Assembly (NCBI GenBank): GCA_964016885.1
Contig: OZ024747.1
Location: 73,532,001 to 73,596,000 of the forward strand
Length of the DNA: 64,000 nt
Origin: Eledone cirrhosa
Lineage: Eukaryota
Direction: 5' to 3'
The notes below the pieces were generated by a model. That model was not told the DNA's origin. It saw only the letters and a program-made list of their open reading frames with translations, and did not search any database. The position numbers and the translations under genes were made by a program. This document shows, in pieces, positions 43,080-58,219 of the stretch. The first letter of the stretch is position 1. Every line of letters starts with the position of its first letter.

Positions 43080-43934
43080 TGTGCGTGTGTGTGTGTGACG
43101 AAGACGTTTGTGCTACACATACTAATGTTGCGTGTATGTTGCAGCTGTTGGAAATATTTATTCACTTTCTCCAAATCATCATCACCGTCATGTTTTCTTC
43201 TTCCTCTTATCGCATACTTTAAATATCATAAACAGCTCTGTGTTTCAATTGTGTCTTTACTTTTATAATTAGCAATATCATTTCTAACGTTTTCTACACA
43301 TCCCTTGATTATATTCATCACCTGTGTTTTAATTGTATTTCACTTATTTCTATTCTTATTGTTTCACCCTACGTCGGCTCAAATGTAAGATCGAAGGCGC
43401 TGAAGATGTGGCTTTCTAGTTATCTAAAATACGCAAACTATGATCTATGGATGTATTATCCAACATGATATCCCTACCTCCAGAGTGTAGTGTGTGATTT
43501 GAAGAAACAATTAACTGCTATTTCTAGGAGTTCATGTGACCATACAAATATTTCTTGGTTCATATTATCAAAGAGAACGGAAGTCTCTAGGTTGGTAGCG
43601 CCGGCAAACAACCGGCTTAAATTGCATCACAATATTGAATATACCTTTTCATATTCTGCGTTCAAATTCGTTATCTAGATAGATGTTTAGATAGAATGCT
43701 TTGCGCTATTCTTACTCACAATGTGTGCTCTCTGAGTTCAAAACCTACCGAGGCTAACTTTGCCTTTCACATTTTGAACTCGATAAACGAAGTATGAGTT
43801 CACTACTGGGGTCATTTCTCTTTCTCAATTCTTCTTGCCATCCACCCCTATTTCCTCCATCTCTTTCCCTTTTTGAACGAAATTACTTGTGTTCCAACTT
43901 GAAGGCTACGTTCAAATACAGTTAACTTTGATTA

Positions 43935-44160
43935 GGGCGATGTATTGGCAGCATAAGTAGAGCGTTGGATAAATGCTTTGCGGCATGTAGTTACCATTTT
44001 CTACATTCTGAGTTCAAATCCTACCGTGGTCAACTTTGGTATCATGTTTCCGAGTTTGTTAAAATAGCGTATGAGTCAAGTATTGTCGTTGATATAATCG
44101 ATTTCCCATTTGTGCTCAAATCCTGCATCATTATATTCTTCGACTTTGGAAACTTGTGAA
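43935..44160 (+). mobile_element. Old diverged SINE (another fragment at ~43730-43815)
   Basis: TTGGCAGCATAAG...CTGAGTTCAAATCCTACCG...CAACTTTG. Confidence 0.6.
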
Positions 44161-44222
44161 ACCGGTAAAGTAATGAATTATTTTAAATGTACCCTTTTAA
44201 AGAGTCGAAATTCCAACTCCTT

Positions 44223-44293
<71 letters not shown>

Positions 44294-45184
44294 TGTATGT
44301 ATGTATGTATGTATGTATGTGTGTGTGTGTGTGTGTGTGTAATGTATACAAATAGTTTTAACTAGGAAGATGCTTCAGAGATTGAAAAGTTACAATTCTA
44401 TGCAAGTATCTATTGATGCTGCTTAAATTGTAGTGAATTATAGTTCTTATAACTTTGAAACTAACATGGGTGTCATGACACCTATATACATTCAGATATC
44501 TATTACTTTCATCTATCTAAATTAAACATCTAGTGATACGTATTGAAAAAAAAATGTCAGTAAAATAACTGACGTTCTTATGCGTGTATAAATTTAAATA
44601 CTTTTACAAAGTTGATCACAGTCCAAGTTTTTCTTGTAATCAGCATCTTCCCCTACAGGTCAGGCAACTGATTTTTTCACACAATACCGTGTTTCGTTTA
44701 AATAAGAATCTTACTAAATATAAATAGCCGGAAGACAATAGGTAAAGAAAGGAAATATTCTAGGTAATTAATTATCATCTATTGAAACCTAACACACCTG
44801 CTGTGTATGCGCATGAAACAAAAGACCTTAGAGAAATCAATTAGAAACAGAACATCTATTTTCAGTAAATTGTTTTATGTCGGATGAGCAATCTACAGCC
44901 TATGATGTAAAAGTGAGTTAATATTCCGACGAGCAGAGATCCCTCTATGAATTTTTATGAATTTATTATTGAAAACTTTCCACTTTAGAAACAAGTCTAA
45001 AGCTATGCGTGATATACAATAACATATTTTAACCTAAATAAGATGATATTAAACAATATATAGAATGTGTTCATGTCAGAATTATATTGCAGCTCTTAGA
45101 AGAATGGAGGAATGTTAAAGTAGATGATTTTCAATGAGCTTTGCCACTTGTATTTACCATATGTAAATATATAGGCTGGTGCTT

Positions 45185-45300
45185 TTTTATCGACCAGGAA
45201 TGGATGAAAGGCAAAGTAGACCTCGGCACAATTTGAACTCAGATAGTCGAAACGATATGAGGCAAAGCATACTATTGGACGACTCTGCCAATTCACCGCC
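45185..45300 (-). mobile_element. Old SINE fragment
   Basis: TTTTATCGACC...GGATGAAAGGCAAAGTAGACCTCGGC...TTTGAACTCAGA...CTGCCAATTCACCGCC. Confidence 0.7.
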
Positions 45301-47955
45301 TGTATATGTCATATATAACTCTAAATGATTATAAATAAAGAAATAAAATATGGTTAAACACAATGTATAAATGAACATTTTTACGGTAATAGAAACAAGA
45401 CTCGTCTCTCCGTTCGCTGGAATACTGAACTGACAACTCAGTTATCATGTTTAATGGATCAATACATTTAAATTGTTGCAAATACTTTGCAAGGTTATCT
45501 CAGACAGCGGAAGTCTCCCTGTTGCCTAATGTTTCATTGTGTAGATCTCTAATATATTTTGTCTGTTTTACCTGAGAAAATATAGCACTTCATTCTCTTT
45601 TTAAAGCTTCCTTATATTATTTAACCATTTAACATTGCTGCTTTCTTACTTTATTCTTTCTTTTCCACGATTGATTCTCCTTCGTATTTTCTTCTTAATT
45701 ATATGACCCACGGAACCTATTCGGAATTAGATCAATACTATTAACATACAACTTGTCAAACAGTTTTTGATATTTTACGTATCAGTTTGGTGGTTTTCTT
45801 ATTTCCACCTCTATAAATATCACAGACAACAGTCAGTAACACTCAGTTGCAAAATCACAAATTATATATCGCTAGTGATATTCTCGCAGAAAAATGGAAT
45901 TCTGGTAGGATAAACGTAGAATAGGATACTGATGTGCTTACAATGGTGTACTGGGCTACAGAGAATATATCTTTAGATATCAATCAACACTGTAACCTAC
46001 AGTGCTGGCTAAATTCTGTAGATAGATCATGTAGTATTGAAACAAAACACCGTTAATGTACCATTAATTTACTAAATCCCCGACAGTTCAAAATATAAAG
46101 CCTATAATCAATAATGTGTCTCACACTTAGGTAAATTTGCTATGCTATAGCGAACTTTCCTCATCGAATATCGAATCAATTGTTAATTTTAATGTCAATA
46201 GTTACTTTTCAGTATCATTTCTCTTTACACCACTTCCACTACAATTCATCAAATCTATCTACATCTTCACCCTTCTCCTCTCCTTCTATGTATCTATCTC
46301 TCAGAATTGATTACTACTTGAGAAGGGCAATGAGAAACCAATCATAATCTCAATTTCTCTAGAAATGGGGAAGGTTGGGGCAAGGTATTAAAAACTTCTC
46401 ATAGAAAAAAAAAACTGATATTCAAACGAAACCATCTAAAACCTGTCCGATGCGCAGTTCGACCCGGAACAAAAGTAAAGAAAGAAATGGTTACTATTCT
46501 CTTAAAGGTTGTCACAGCTCCCTAGAAAGTTTCTTACAACTGTTTAAAACTGAACAATAAAATTCAGAAGTAAAATTACTGCTGTGCTTGATATTGGCTA
46601 TATAAATATAATGCATCGCTGGTGAGGCCTTATATAACCTAAACATTTCCAGAGATGTCAGGTATAACTCGCATACTCGACTTAATTATATGTTGAAGAA
46701 CTTTCAATTAAATAAAATAACATTGTCTCCACTGTATTTCTTACTCCAAGTTAGACATTATTTTTGTTTTCATTATGGGTGTAATTTTAATTAATTGAAT
46801 TCTTCTTGACACACTAGATTAAGCATGTTCGTCTTCCTGTTCTAGGTTTCATAGGGCTATTGTTTCGTTTTGTTTTTTTGGGGTTTCGTTATTGTTTTGT
46901 TTGTTCTGCCATTCTATGTTAACACAATATCTCTTGCCTGATAATTACCAATAAATTTAATAATAATTAGGGTTGACGTAGTTTTCAACTACTGTTCAGA
47001 GTTATATATCTTTTATCCGCGTTCCTTATACTCCCCGTTGTGCAACGAATGCCTGAGATGATTCAGCGTGTTAGCTGCTATAATTCTATTTGTGGTATTA
47101 CGTCCATTATTGTTTAGTCTCATGTCACGTTAGTCCATATCAAGTACACGTATTATCAAAAGCATCTAAATAATATAAAGAAAAGACTCAGATTCTCTAT
47201 GTTATTGCCAAATGTATCTTTCCTTCTTTGACGTACATTTGAGAAATGTATTGAGGTTTCGAACACGTCGAAGATGGTTCGTTCTATTCTGACTGTTAAT
47301 CAAGATAGAGTAATCGTGAGAGTTGGTAACATGCTTTCAGCCACTTTCGTCCTGTCTTTCAATGACATATATCCCTAAGTTTTTACAGATTGTCCAGGTG
47401 AGTTATTGATTATCCTCATCACTTTTCTTATTATTCGTAGGTAGAAATGTTAGTGTCGAACAAAACGTTTTGCTAATTATTACACCTCCACTCGACCATA
47501 CCTTTAGTTTAAATCCCACCGGGGTAGAGTTTGCCTTTGAAATGGACATCGATTCCTTTACAAGTCAGCTTCTAAAGGTCATGTGGTTTTGATTTTGGCT
47601 TTAGAAATATCATGTATTTCTTTTGAATTCTTTCCAGAACTCTTTTCTTTCCTATATTCGTTTTCTATTTTAATTGTATTTGCTGTTGATATTATGTAGA
47701 TCTAAAATGGACAGTTTTCAATTGTTAGTGAAAGAATCTATTGATAAGAGGCGAATCCAATGGCTGGAAAGCATGTAAAATCTCTTTTATTTTGATGTCT
47801 GTGTATCTAGGAAATGGAAAAATGATTTCAATGGTGAATGAATAGTTATTCTATTATCATGCAAATTAACAGAATTTATGTATGCAAAGGTGCCTGCTTA
47901 CAGACATTATATTAGGAGAGCAACAGAGGGAGGGAGAGTGAGAAAGAAAGAGATG

Positions 47956-48015
<60 letters not shown>

Positions 48016-51000
48016 TGTGTGTGTGTGAATGGTGGCCGACAGAGAGAGAGAGGTTGAAAGTGAGCAGAAATAGTGAGATAACGAAGAGATAAATAGTAAA
48101 AGATATATAATGGGAAATAGTTGTAAAAGAGTGATGTAGATATACAGAGTCATCTAAAAACAGAATATTTGAAAACAATATGTAAAATTTAGAGATAGTT
48201 GAGACATAGAACTGGAACACTTACGAACAGTGAATTGTAACAATAGTTATCTTTCTTGCATATAATATCTAGGAAGAACACATCTCATATATTTAACAGG
48301 GGCGGCGTTATTAAGAGGAGATATGTCTGGATATTTTTTGCAGGTCTAGCGACGTCATAGGAGTTTTCTCGCTCCTCCAGTGTGAATAACAACCATAATG
48401 CTGCAGGGTGTTATTGTTTTTTGTTTGAGGAACATTCAACACAGCAGCACACTACTACACTGCCAGGAAATGCTGACTTAATAACAGTGAATAACATATT
48501 TTTAAATATATTCTTCCACGCTTGTGAAGGTGAGCTTTGCAAGAATCAGTTTCGAAGTTTAACATTAAATCTTTTCTAACACAGCCAATTATAAGCTTAA
48601 CAGAAATCTCTTTGGCATGTTGCAGGAAGTATTACAAGTTTTAATATAATTTAATGTTATCAGAAAAAAAGTTTCCATTTACGTACGTCACAAACATTTT
48701 GTTATTTAAGTAGCGAACATTTTAAAAACCAGAATGCAATGAAATTATTTTCTCTCTCCCTGTGTAAAATCAGGACGTTATATTTTTTCAGAAAAAATTA
48801 AGTTATTTTCCAATTTCTCTATCTATAAAAGAAAAACAAGAAAGAATATTACGTGCTTAGTCACTAACAAAATAAAACTGATTGATCATTCTGTTGCATT
48901 TTACTCTGATGTGAGTTTACCAACTTGTGTTTAGGTGCATATAAATCGACATCTTATTCTCCAATAAATCAGTAGCTGACATAGCATACACATTGTATAT
49001 AAAACTCGTCAAACCAATTTACAGCATACTTCCGAGGCTTTCTCGTCACCAATATCACACTCTCTACTTTGGATGTATATTGTTATTTATAAATTGAAGT
49101 AGGTTTAAAGCTGACCATAGATAAAAACCAGGGATAGAGTGGTCTACAATATAGGAGCAGATACTTGTCACATATTCTTAAGATTAAATGGAAAAAAGAT
49201 AACAAACTAAAATATATTTTAATATAAGTCTACGCACAGAAGACACCGTTGAGCCAATAAAACTAATATGAGTAAGTAACTTTGTGTCCGCTATTTGGTG
49301 TAGAAAATAATTATCAACTCTCTCTCTCAAATCACTTACTAAATATTACAGTCCATGGTACATTATGACTGAAAACAAAGCAAAGAAGTGAAAAAAAAAT
49401 TACTGAAGACTTAGTCACCGCCTGCTACAATAACATTCACACTTTTTACATAAGAAGGCCAACAATAAGAGCAAACGATTAATTCTATATTATGTTCACT
49501 TGATGCCTTAAATATCAGTTAACTCGCTCTCAAATCACACGCTACTCTATGGAAAATGGAGTGTCGTGTCAGATAAAACAATTGTAATTTCACTGTATCT
49601 GAAAATATGAAAACAAAGACCGAATAAACACAGCTGAGTTGCTTTTGGTAAACGTTTGGCTTGATGAGATCTGAAACACAGAAACAGAAATAAACATAGT
49701 TGTTAGATATAAAACATAATCATAATATATTCTTTCTTGGGCCATTCTTACTGAAAGAAATGTAACTGATTAATTTGTTGTATTTCTGGGTTTTTTTCTA
49801 GATGAAAAGAATTAATTGTTTTACATTGATTTAATTGACTGAATGGTTCCTTTGCTGATGCTGCTGTTACCTTTGATTAGAGCAAGGTCTAAATTGACCT
49901 CAGATAAAAGGCTGCTTTTCAGTCATGATAATCCCGTCTCTTTACAAATATGTGGAATAATAATATTGAATGCACTATGTTGTATTGTTGGCGATTTTAC
50001 TGTTTACTTTTCTAGCGTGGATACGTAAAGATCCTTACACTGACTCAGATATCTCAACTCCTCTATTATATAGCAACCTTTGCTGGTATATCATATCAAT
50101 CATCGACTAAGATTAAAGAAAGGAAAACTCGTTTGAATATATCAGAATATATCTGTATTGAAACACTTTCTATAGTGTTAATGACTATTATATTATGAGT
50201 CTATATTGTATAGAACTGTGAACCATCAATATTAATTACCCACCTAATTAATTTCACCTGAAATAGATGACTGAGCCATCCATATTAATTAGACCTCTGA
50301 TTGCTTTCATCTGAAATAGAAATCTTCCCCATCCGTAGTAATTAGTCACATAATTAAGTTTAATTGGAATAGAAATCTAAACCAACCATAGCAACTATCC
50401 ACCTAATTACATATACCTGGAATCATAGGAGACCACGAGGGATATTTTTTCATTTGGTCACTGGAAATCCTAGAGCACTGAAATGTTACTCAAAATCCTT
50501 CATATTGATGAAAGAGAAAAGGACACACCGAATAACCTGAGATTTAACCAACTTGTTTAGTAAGGCTCAAAAGTCTATATATCATAACTTGTTACATTAA
50601 ATCTATAATACTATAATCTAGTTACCAATCTAGATCTGAAGTGTTCATAATATGTAATAATTTCTTTATCAATTCCGTGGCATAAAGTGATTCCCAGATA
50701 ACCTGGTAGCTAATCCAAACAACTGAAGAGAATGAAAGATGAATATATTGTTTTCTTGTTTAAACACATCAACAGAGCAGAAATGCCTTTAAATCCACTA
50801 CATACATATAAAGATGTATTAGAAAACCCTATTATTTTGAAATACTCTCTGCCAAGACCATACCAACCAGTGTTAAGCATAATTGCTGAGAAATACTCAC
50901 CTAGAATTAAAAGGTACATGAAATAAAACTTGCAATGGGGGCACATCTAGGTACTAGGGAGAGCTGCTGGAAAGAACAGCAAAATCCTACCTCCTTAAAA

Positions 51001-54000
51001 TATAGGACACTTTAGATAAAACCATATTAGATCTCTCAATGAAAATGGAATGCATTTTTATCAAGAATATGCACAGACAATTCTGACCTAGAATAAAAAC
51101 AACAGCAACGTTATGATCTGTCGTGGATAAAATCGTTTTCTGTTTGATAAAAGTGCCAGACATTTTAGCTTCATACTGATTATGACATCATTATTGGTGA
51201 AGAATCAACTGAGAACGTTAAAAAGGAAAACTTTAACGATTCAGAACAGTTTAATGTCTAAGCTATTACAATATTAAATAATATTGGATTAGCTACATGC
51301 TACAATATTCTGAATTTATGTCCCATTGGGAAGTGACTAGTGAATGTTTCCCTTCAAACACCGATAAATAGATATCGGTAGTGTACTCGGGTCGATGTTA
51401 ACGAAGATTTGTATAAAGCTTACATAAATATGCTTCTATCCACCAACGTTGTAATATATAATGGCAAAATAGTTATCTAACACTCTATTCTTGGTGTGTT
51501 ATAAAGCCTGAGAGTAAAACATATTGACTATTCTTCGATCCAATTCATTCTGAGTTTTGTCAAGTTAATCAATATGTTGACTTCAAATACAATTGTGTAA
51601 TACTTACATTTCAAGTTTAACTCTTATTTCTTATTTGGAACCGTCTTTTTGGTTTTATCTATTGATCGACTGCTTCTTATCCTCACATCTATTCATCTGC
51701 ATATTTTATATATATTTGTGAGTTATGTCTTACTTTTATCTGTAGGTATTCTTTTCATTTCATTAAAACTTCTATATGTTTTTGTAATGCTTCCAATATT
51801 TTTTAAAAAGATTGATAGCATTTTATTCATCATATAAACGTGTTTATTTTATTGAACATACTTTTTTCTGACATAAAACACAGTGTCGACAAATTGTATA
51901 AAAAAGCAAACCTCTTAACAAATCTCAACAAAATGTCTATTATATGGAATATATAATTATAGGCGCACACTCAGATACGCATGCATTTATGCACATACAC
52001 ACTCATGCAGCCACATACTCACCAACATATATGTTTATATATATATATATATATTGTTATATTTTCTTTTTGGTGGAGGGAGCTGCTGCCTTTCAAAGAC
52101 ATCTATCAGCTGATTTTCACTTCGGTTTTATAATTAGTCAGGTGACTAATCCATTCTTCATATAATTCATTAATTCATTAACCAGATGATCTAATTTCTA
52201 AAACTCCACAAGCTAATCCATTGTCTGAATGTACCACACCTGTTTAACGGAGCCACTTGTTAAAACCGATCATTCAACTGAATCATATTGTTATGCCTTT
52301 GCATCCTAATTCGAGTTTTTAATAATGATTTCGAACGATTTTAATTATTGTACACGCGGGGGAAGCAAAACATCGTGCAGTTTTTCATTTAAAATGAGCA
52401 GTTAGCATGCTACGCTTCCTAGAATATGAATACAAGCACCACCTAAGTTTAAATTCCGTGAAAAATTATCTGCTGTATTTACTTTAAGAATGACTGAGAT
52501 AGTAGCTGTTGATATAATATTAGACATTGTGTATATTTGTTGCAATGTTCTGCATATCTCATAATTGAAGTTTTGTTAGATTCCATCTGTTCGATTGCTG
52601 ATTAAATGAAGCGTACGGTTTGAGATATCTTAAAAATAAAGCATTATATTATTAGATTCGCTATTGCTTCATGGAAGTTTGAAATACACTGTCTAAGAAA
52701 TCAATATTTGTAAGGAAGGGTCAGTGTTTTCTTGAGATTATCAATCAATTGAGCATTGCTAAATAATAACTCACAATGCGAAGTCTGTTGTGGGCTGTTA
52801 TGAATTATAATTATGTAAAGACCGAATGTAGATTGGTTTCATGACTACAAGAATATGTGAAAGTGGAAGAATTATTGAATACATTATACTTCTACATAAG
52901 GGGAACAGATGATTTGTTATTTGATAATACAGTATATTAGCCATTGAATGGTGTGAAGTGGATAACACTTGATTCCATGCAAGTATGTTCTTAAGAATAT
53001 AGCGATATCAACGTGCTTTGTCAGATATTCTGTTTAGCAGATGTTCATTTGTGATATGATTGAAATGTCTTTGATTCTAGTGCTCATATAGCACTTATTA
53101 AAACACTCAACAATAAAAGACACCTGAAAATTAAACCGAAGCTTGGCAACAGATGTTTCATAACATTAATTTAATGATATCGGAGACGGAGAATTACATA
53201 CATTGTTTTATATTTGTTGATCATTATTGTGTGGAATACATCAATAATATATTTGTTTCGGACATGTGACACGTAGAGACCTTGCTCTACACGGGATACA
53301 GATCGGAGCTTCTAGAAGACTTATCAAAATACTTGAAATAGCAATGGAGCCTGTCTGAAATATCCCCGTAATGTCTTTATGTAATTTACCTATTTCTTTA
53401 TTGTCCTGATCAATGAAGGATAGAAAGCGGCTATTTCCCTTCCTGATCAACATTTCTATCACAGAGGATAGAAATATATCTCCACATTGGAAAGCTAAAC
53501 TCAATGCATGTAAATGTATCCAAGGAGTGCGACTGGTTGTATTAAACTGGGTGATGAATGAAATAGTATACAATGAGTATAGATACGTTGGCAAGGGAGC
53601 ACAAATAGTGTTTAAAGCGAAAAATCAAGAGATTGAATATATACTTCAGGTAAAATAACTTGATAAAACCTTCTTTGGAATGTTTATTTATAATTTTATA
53701 AAGGGTAATTATGTGGCAAACGTATAATTTACATTAAAGATTGTAAATAACGACGAGAATATATAGAAAATGTAAATTTACTACTAAAATATTTCAAGAT
53801 ATTTTTAAAATATCAATAGAAATAAATATTTTTGAATATTTTGAAAATATCAATAAATGCGTTTTCAGGAAGTTTTTCAAAAATAATATCTGTCAAATAT
53901 ATACTCCTTTTAAAACTATACCATTCTTTCATCTTTAATGAATATATAATGAGTAATGTTCGGTTGCATTTTCTATTAACACAATCAAGATTTCTTTTAA

Positions 54001-54426
54001 ATTGAAATATACTGGATTAACTATGAGCTGACCTTTCAGTTAACGTTGCCTATTAAAAGGTGTATGTATTTGACAAACATAGTGCATACGTAAACAAAAC
54101 GTCATTAAAATACATTTGTTTCTATTTTATAATTCCACAAAGTTATATAATCGATATTCGTTATCGTCATTTATATTGAAGAAAAGCTATGAATAATATG
54201 TTGAACAAGGCCCACACATAAGCTTCGCATTCTCAACATTTGTTGTGGGGAGTGGAACATTCTTTATATTTCTATTAACAACGCATGTGTGTGTACAGTT
54301 TTAATAAATATGCAGAAATAAAAATGATTCTTTTAATGTTACTATATCTGTGACTTTAAACGACCAATTTATAGATATAGATATAATGAAAATACATGTT
54401 TTGATGATATTATATCTGTATGGAAT

Positions 54427-54613
54427 GCGGTGGATTGGCAGTATCGGTAGAGGGTCGGACGCCATGCTTTCCAGCATAGTTACGTCCCTTTACGATCTGA
54501 GTTCAAATCCCGCCGAGGTTGACTTTGCCTTTCATCCTTACGGGGTCGATAAAATAAAGTACCAGTAATGCACTGGGTTATTGCTGGCCTTGTGCCTAAA
54601 GTAGAAACAATTA
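54427..54613 (+). mobile_element. Young tRNA-derived SINE with TSD
   Basis: Full-length family member flanked by TTATATCTGTATGGAAT / TTATATCTATATGGAAT. Confidence 0.92.
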
Positions 54614-54709
54614 TATCTATATGGAATATATTCACTGAACCATTTTAGTCTGAGAATGGTTCTGTCTCTATATCTCTCTATATATTATCACTCTCTCTCT
54701 CACTCTCTC

Positions 54710-54744
<35 letters not shown>

Positions 54745-55169
54745 CACACAACACACAACACACACACACACACAAACATATATATATATATTTATATATA
54801 TATATGCATGTTTGTGCCTATCAGAACATACATATAGATAAAACTGTACGACATAGATACATACAAATAAAACGTGAAGAGCTGCATCTTATACATCATA
54901 GACATCCGAATATAAGCAATAACATTTTCTCTTTTTAAAATAGAGATTGTGTAATAAACCATAATTTCATAGAATTTCATTTTCTCTATGCTGAATAAAT
55001 GTATGATATAGTTGCATACCTCCTGATAGAGTTGTAAGGGTGCCATATTGACATAGGTCGTTTCCTGGCCATTTTAAACCTGGGCATCCATCTCCAGACT
55101 TGCGTACAACAATATTATTCCAGAGAAGGATAGAATGTGAAATATGGGAAGGAAGTGATTTAGATGAGG

Positions 55170-55290
55170 AATCGACCCCAGTACTACGCTGGTACATTTT
55201 TATCGACCTCGAAAATATGAAAGGCAGAGTTGATCACGGCGTGATTTGCAATCAGCGAGTAGAGAGCTGGAACGAATATCACAGAGCATT
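55170..55290 (-). mobile_element. Old SINE fragment
   Basis: ATCGACCCCAGTAC...CTGGTACATTTTTATCGACC...ATGAAAGGCAGAGTTGA. Confidence 0.65.
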
Positions 55291-57144
55291 TTATTCCAAT
55301 TCGTCGACTGGCGAAAAGAAGAAAAGAAGAAAGTACACGAGAACGTAAGAAAGAATAAATGAAGAAACTAACTTAAATTATCTGGAAACTATTATTTATT
55401 TCTAGTCTACTCTTTGTTGAAATCTCGAACTATTGTAAATGTACTTTTCTTGTAATAACGCATATTAGAATGGATATAAATGCAGGAATATGCTAATTCC
55501 AGTAATGAGACATATTCCCTTGTTTTGATGAATATAATCGGTCAAAGTAAAAGCAATTCTCATTATGCTTATTACATTTCAAATATTAGATGTCTGATAG
55601 ATATAAATAGCTACCGGGTTAGTGACTTTGGTTGGAAACCATATTTTATTTGGTTGGAAACCATATTTTATTGATCCTACATTAGGAAAAATTGTAGACA
55701 TAGTTGAAAATTACTAAAAGGAGTTTTAATGAAAATGTAGAAATAGTAAAAATAACTTTAAAAAATGAAGTTGTAAACTGATATAAAAAGATATAAATAT
55801 GATAAAGGTTATAAGGTTACAAGACAACTGAAGAATTCTAAGATTAAAAAACCTTTTCAAAACTATAAAGTTTACAAGAACTTGGAATCACTATGTGCTA
55901 AATCTATGTTAAATAAACAATCGGAGACCGTCTGATATCGATATAACACAAAATTAGCAGGCTGTCCCCGAAACAAATAGGTCCTCCATTTTCAATGTTC
56001 TTTTTTCTATCATCTATCTTCTATTCTCTGTTTGGATTCAACGTAATCCTGTTATATACTTCTGCAAATAAAACCTAATGAAATCGTCTATTCTTGCATC
56101 ATAATCGGATCATAGAGCTGGACCATCGAAATATCTATAAAAATCTAAAATAAATTTTCTAGTCCGGTCTTCTGTTCTTGTTTTAATGTATATGTGTTTG
56201 TTTATAGTTAAGTATGTATGTATGTATGTATGTATGTTTACTTTACTTTATTATAAAACGATATTCAACAATATATATATAATCTGACAAGGCTTACGGA
56301 AATTGCAAATTCCGTAATATATACTAATCAGACATCTTATTGATTAGTATTCGAATTGCATAAAATTCCATACTAATGTCTTCATTACAGAAACGCTCAG
56401 GAATTTGTTACTCGCAACATTTTTCTTTATTTTATCACAGATGATAACTACATAACATATCATAATATGGAGTAACACTAGTTCATTAAAATGATTAATG
56501 TACTGGTACTAGAAGTTTTAAAATTATTAGAATACCAAAGTATTTAAACAAAAGATGTTTACAAAGAAATATATCATCTCAAGATTTAATTAAATATATT
56601 TCAATACAATTCTCATATCATCGAATTCCATTCCCATTTTTCCACATGTTACTATTTCTGTGAATGTTCTAAATCTAGTTTTGTTTATATATTGTTGTAC
56701 AGAAATCAAATATTTAAAACATTCGAAAACAAACCAATATATAGAATGTTATGCCTAGAAGATCAAGTGAGGGATTTTGTATCAAATGATTATGATACGT
56801 TCGAAGAAGCTAAAGTGTTAGATTTTATATCAATATATTTGAAATAGGTTAAATATTCGAAATTTGTTTGAGGGCTTACATATGCAGGAAAATAAACATG
56901 CATAAAACGGATTTGTAAAAGGCAGGTCATATTTGATTAAATTAAAACACACAGGTACATATTTTACCAGTATTTCATAATTCATTTAGATTCAATGTTT
57001 GCAATTAAATTAAAATTATGAACTCAAACTCAAAACACTTAAAACAAAAATTACTGACATCTAAAAGTATGGCATAGTTCCACAATTATGTGGAAGCCTG
57101 AATATGGAAATACAAAAAATGTGCTTCTATATATACATACATAC

Positions 57145-57217
<73 letters not shown>

Positions 57218-57272
57218 CATATATATAGCTAGATAGATTGATATATATATATATATGTATATATATTGATAT

Positions 57273-57344
<72 letters not shown>

Positions 57345-57931
57345 TATAAAGTATGTCCATAGAATCATTTGATAATATATATACACCATTTCCTCTCCCA
57401 ATTAGCATAATCAACCACACAAAAAACCAATTAAACCAGGCTATAAGATTAAAAGGCATCTATGAAGAAATAGTAGATAAATAAACGACAGCCATCTATT
57501 CGCGATCAACGGCTATAGAATATTTACCCAATATTTCAATAGCACGTGGAAATCGATTAAATATACCGTCAACCATACACAATTAGGTATAAAATTAAAG
57601 TTAGAAGGAAAAATACATATACACATACCAGGATTACGTTTCTACCCTTAGGGTTTCGTCCACTTTCGGAAATATCCTATCAAGGATAAATTCTCGCGCT
57701 TCGAACTCATTAGGAAACAAACTCACTTGGACAAAGATTTTTCTTAAATGATCCGCCAGAAACGAATTCAAAATGGCTAAGAACTGTGACGTGGCAGTGG
57801 TCAAGTCAGAAAGAATGTGATTGGTGCTTCACGGCGAGTGGGCTGGTTGCTAGAAAGCGCAGCTCAATATTGCCCAAATTGCATCTCAACCTTATGGGAG
57901 ATTATCAAATATAAAGATTTACATATACACA

Positions 57932-58016
<85 letters not shown>

Positions 58017-58033
58017 TGTGTGTAATGCTTATA

Positions 58034-58219
58034 ATTGTTTCTACTTTTTGGCACAAGGCCAGCAATTATCCAGTGTATTACTGGTACTTTATTTTATCGA
58101 CCCCGTAAAGATGAAAGGCAAAGTCAACCTCGGCGGGATTTGAACTCAGATCGTAAAGGGACGTAACTATGCTGGAAAGCATGGCGTCCGACCCTCTACC
58201 GATACTGCCAATCCACCGC
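58034..58219 (-). mobile_element. Young tRNA-derived SINE with TSD
   Basis: Near-identical reverse complement of 54427-54613. GTGTAATGCTTATAAT occurs on both sides. Confidence 0.92.

Noticed and set aside
50710-50946. 78-aa ORF with a nearby splice-like signal
   Set aside because: No recognisable homology and no coherent exon structure.
53241-53658. 117-aa (-) and 81-aa (+) ORFs; FGHVTRRD-like LINE remnant on +
   Set aside because: No recognisable domain. The similarity to a LINE C-terminus is too short to support.
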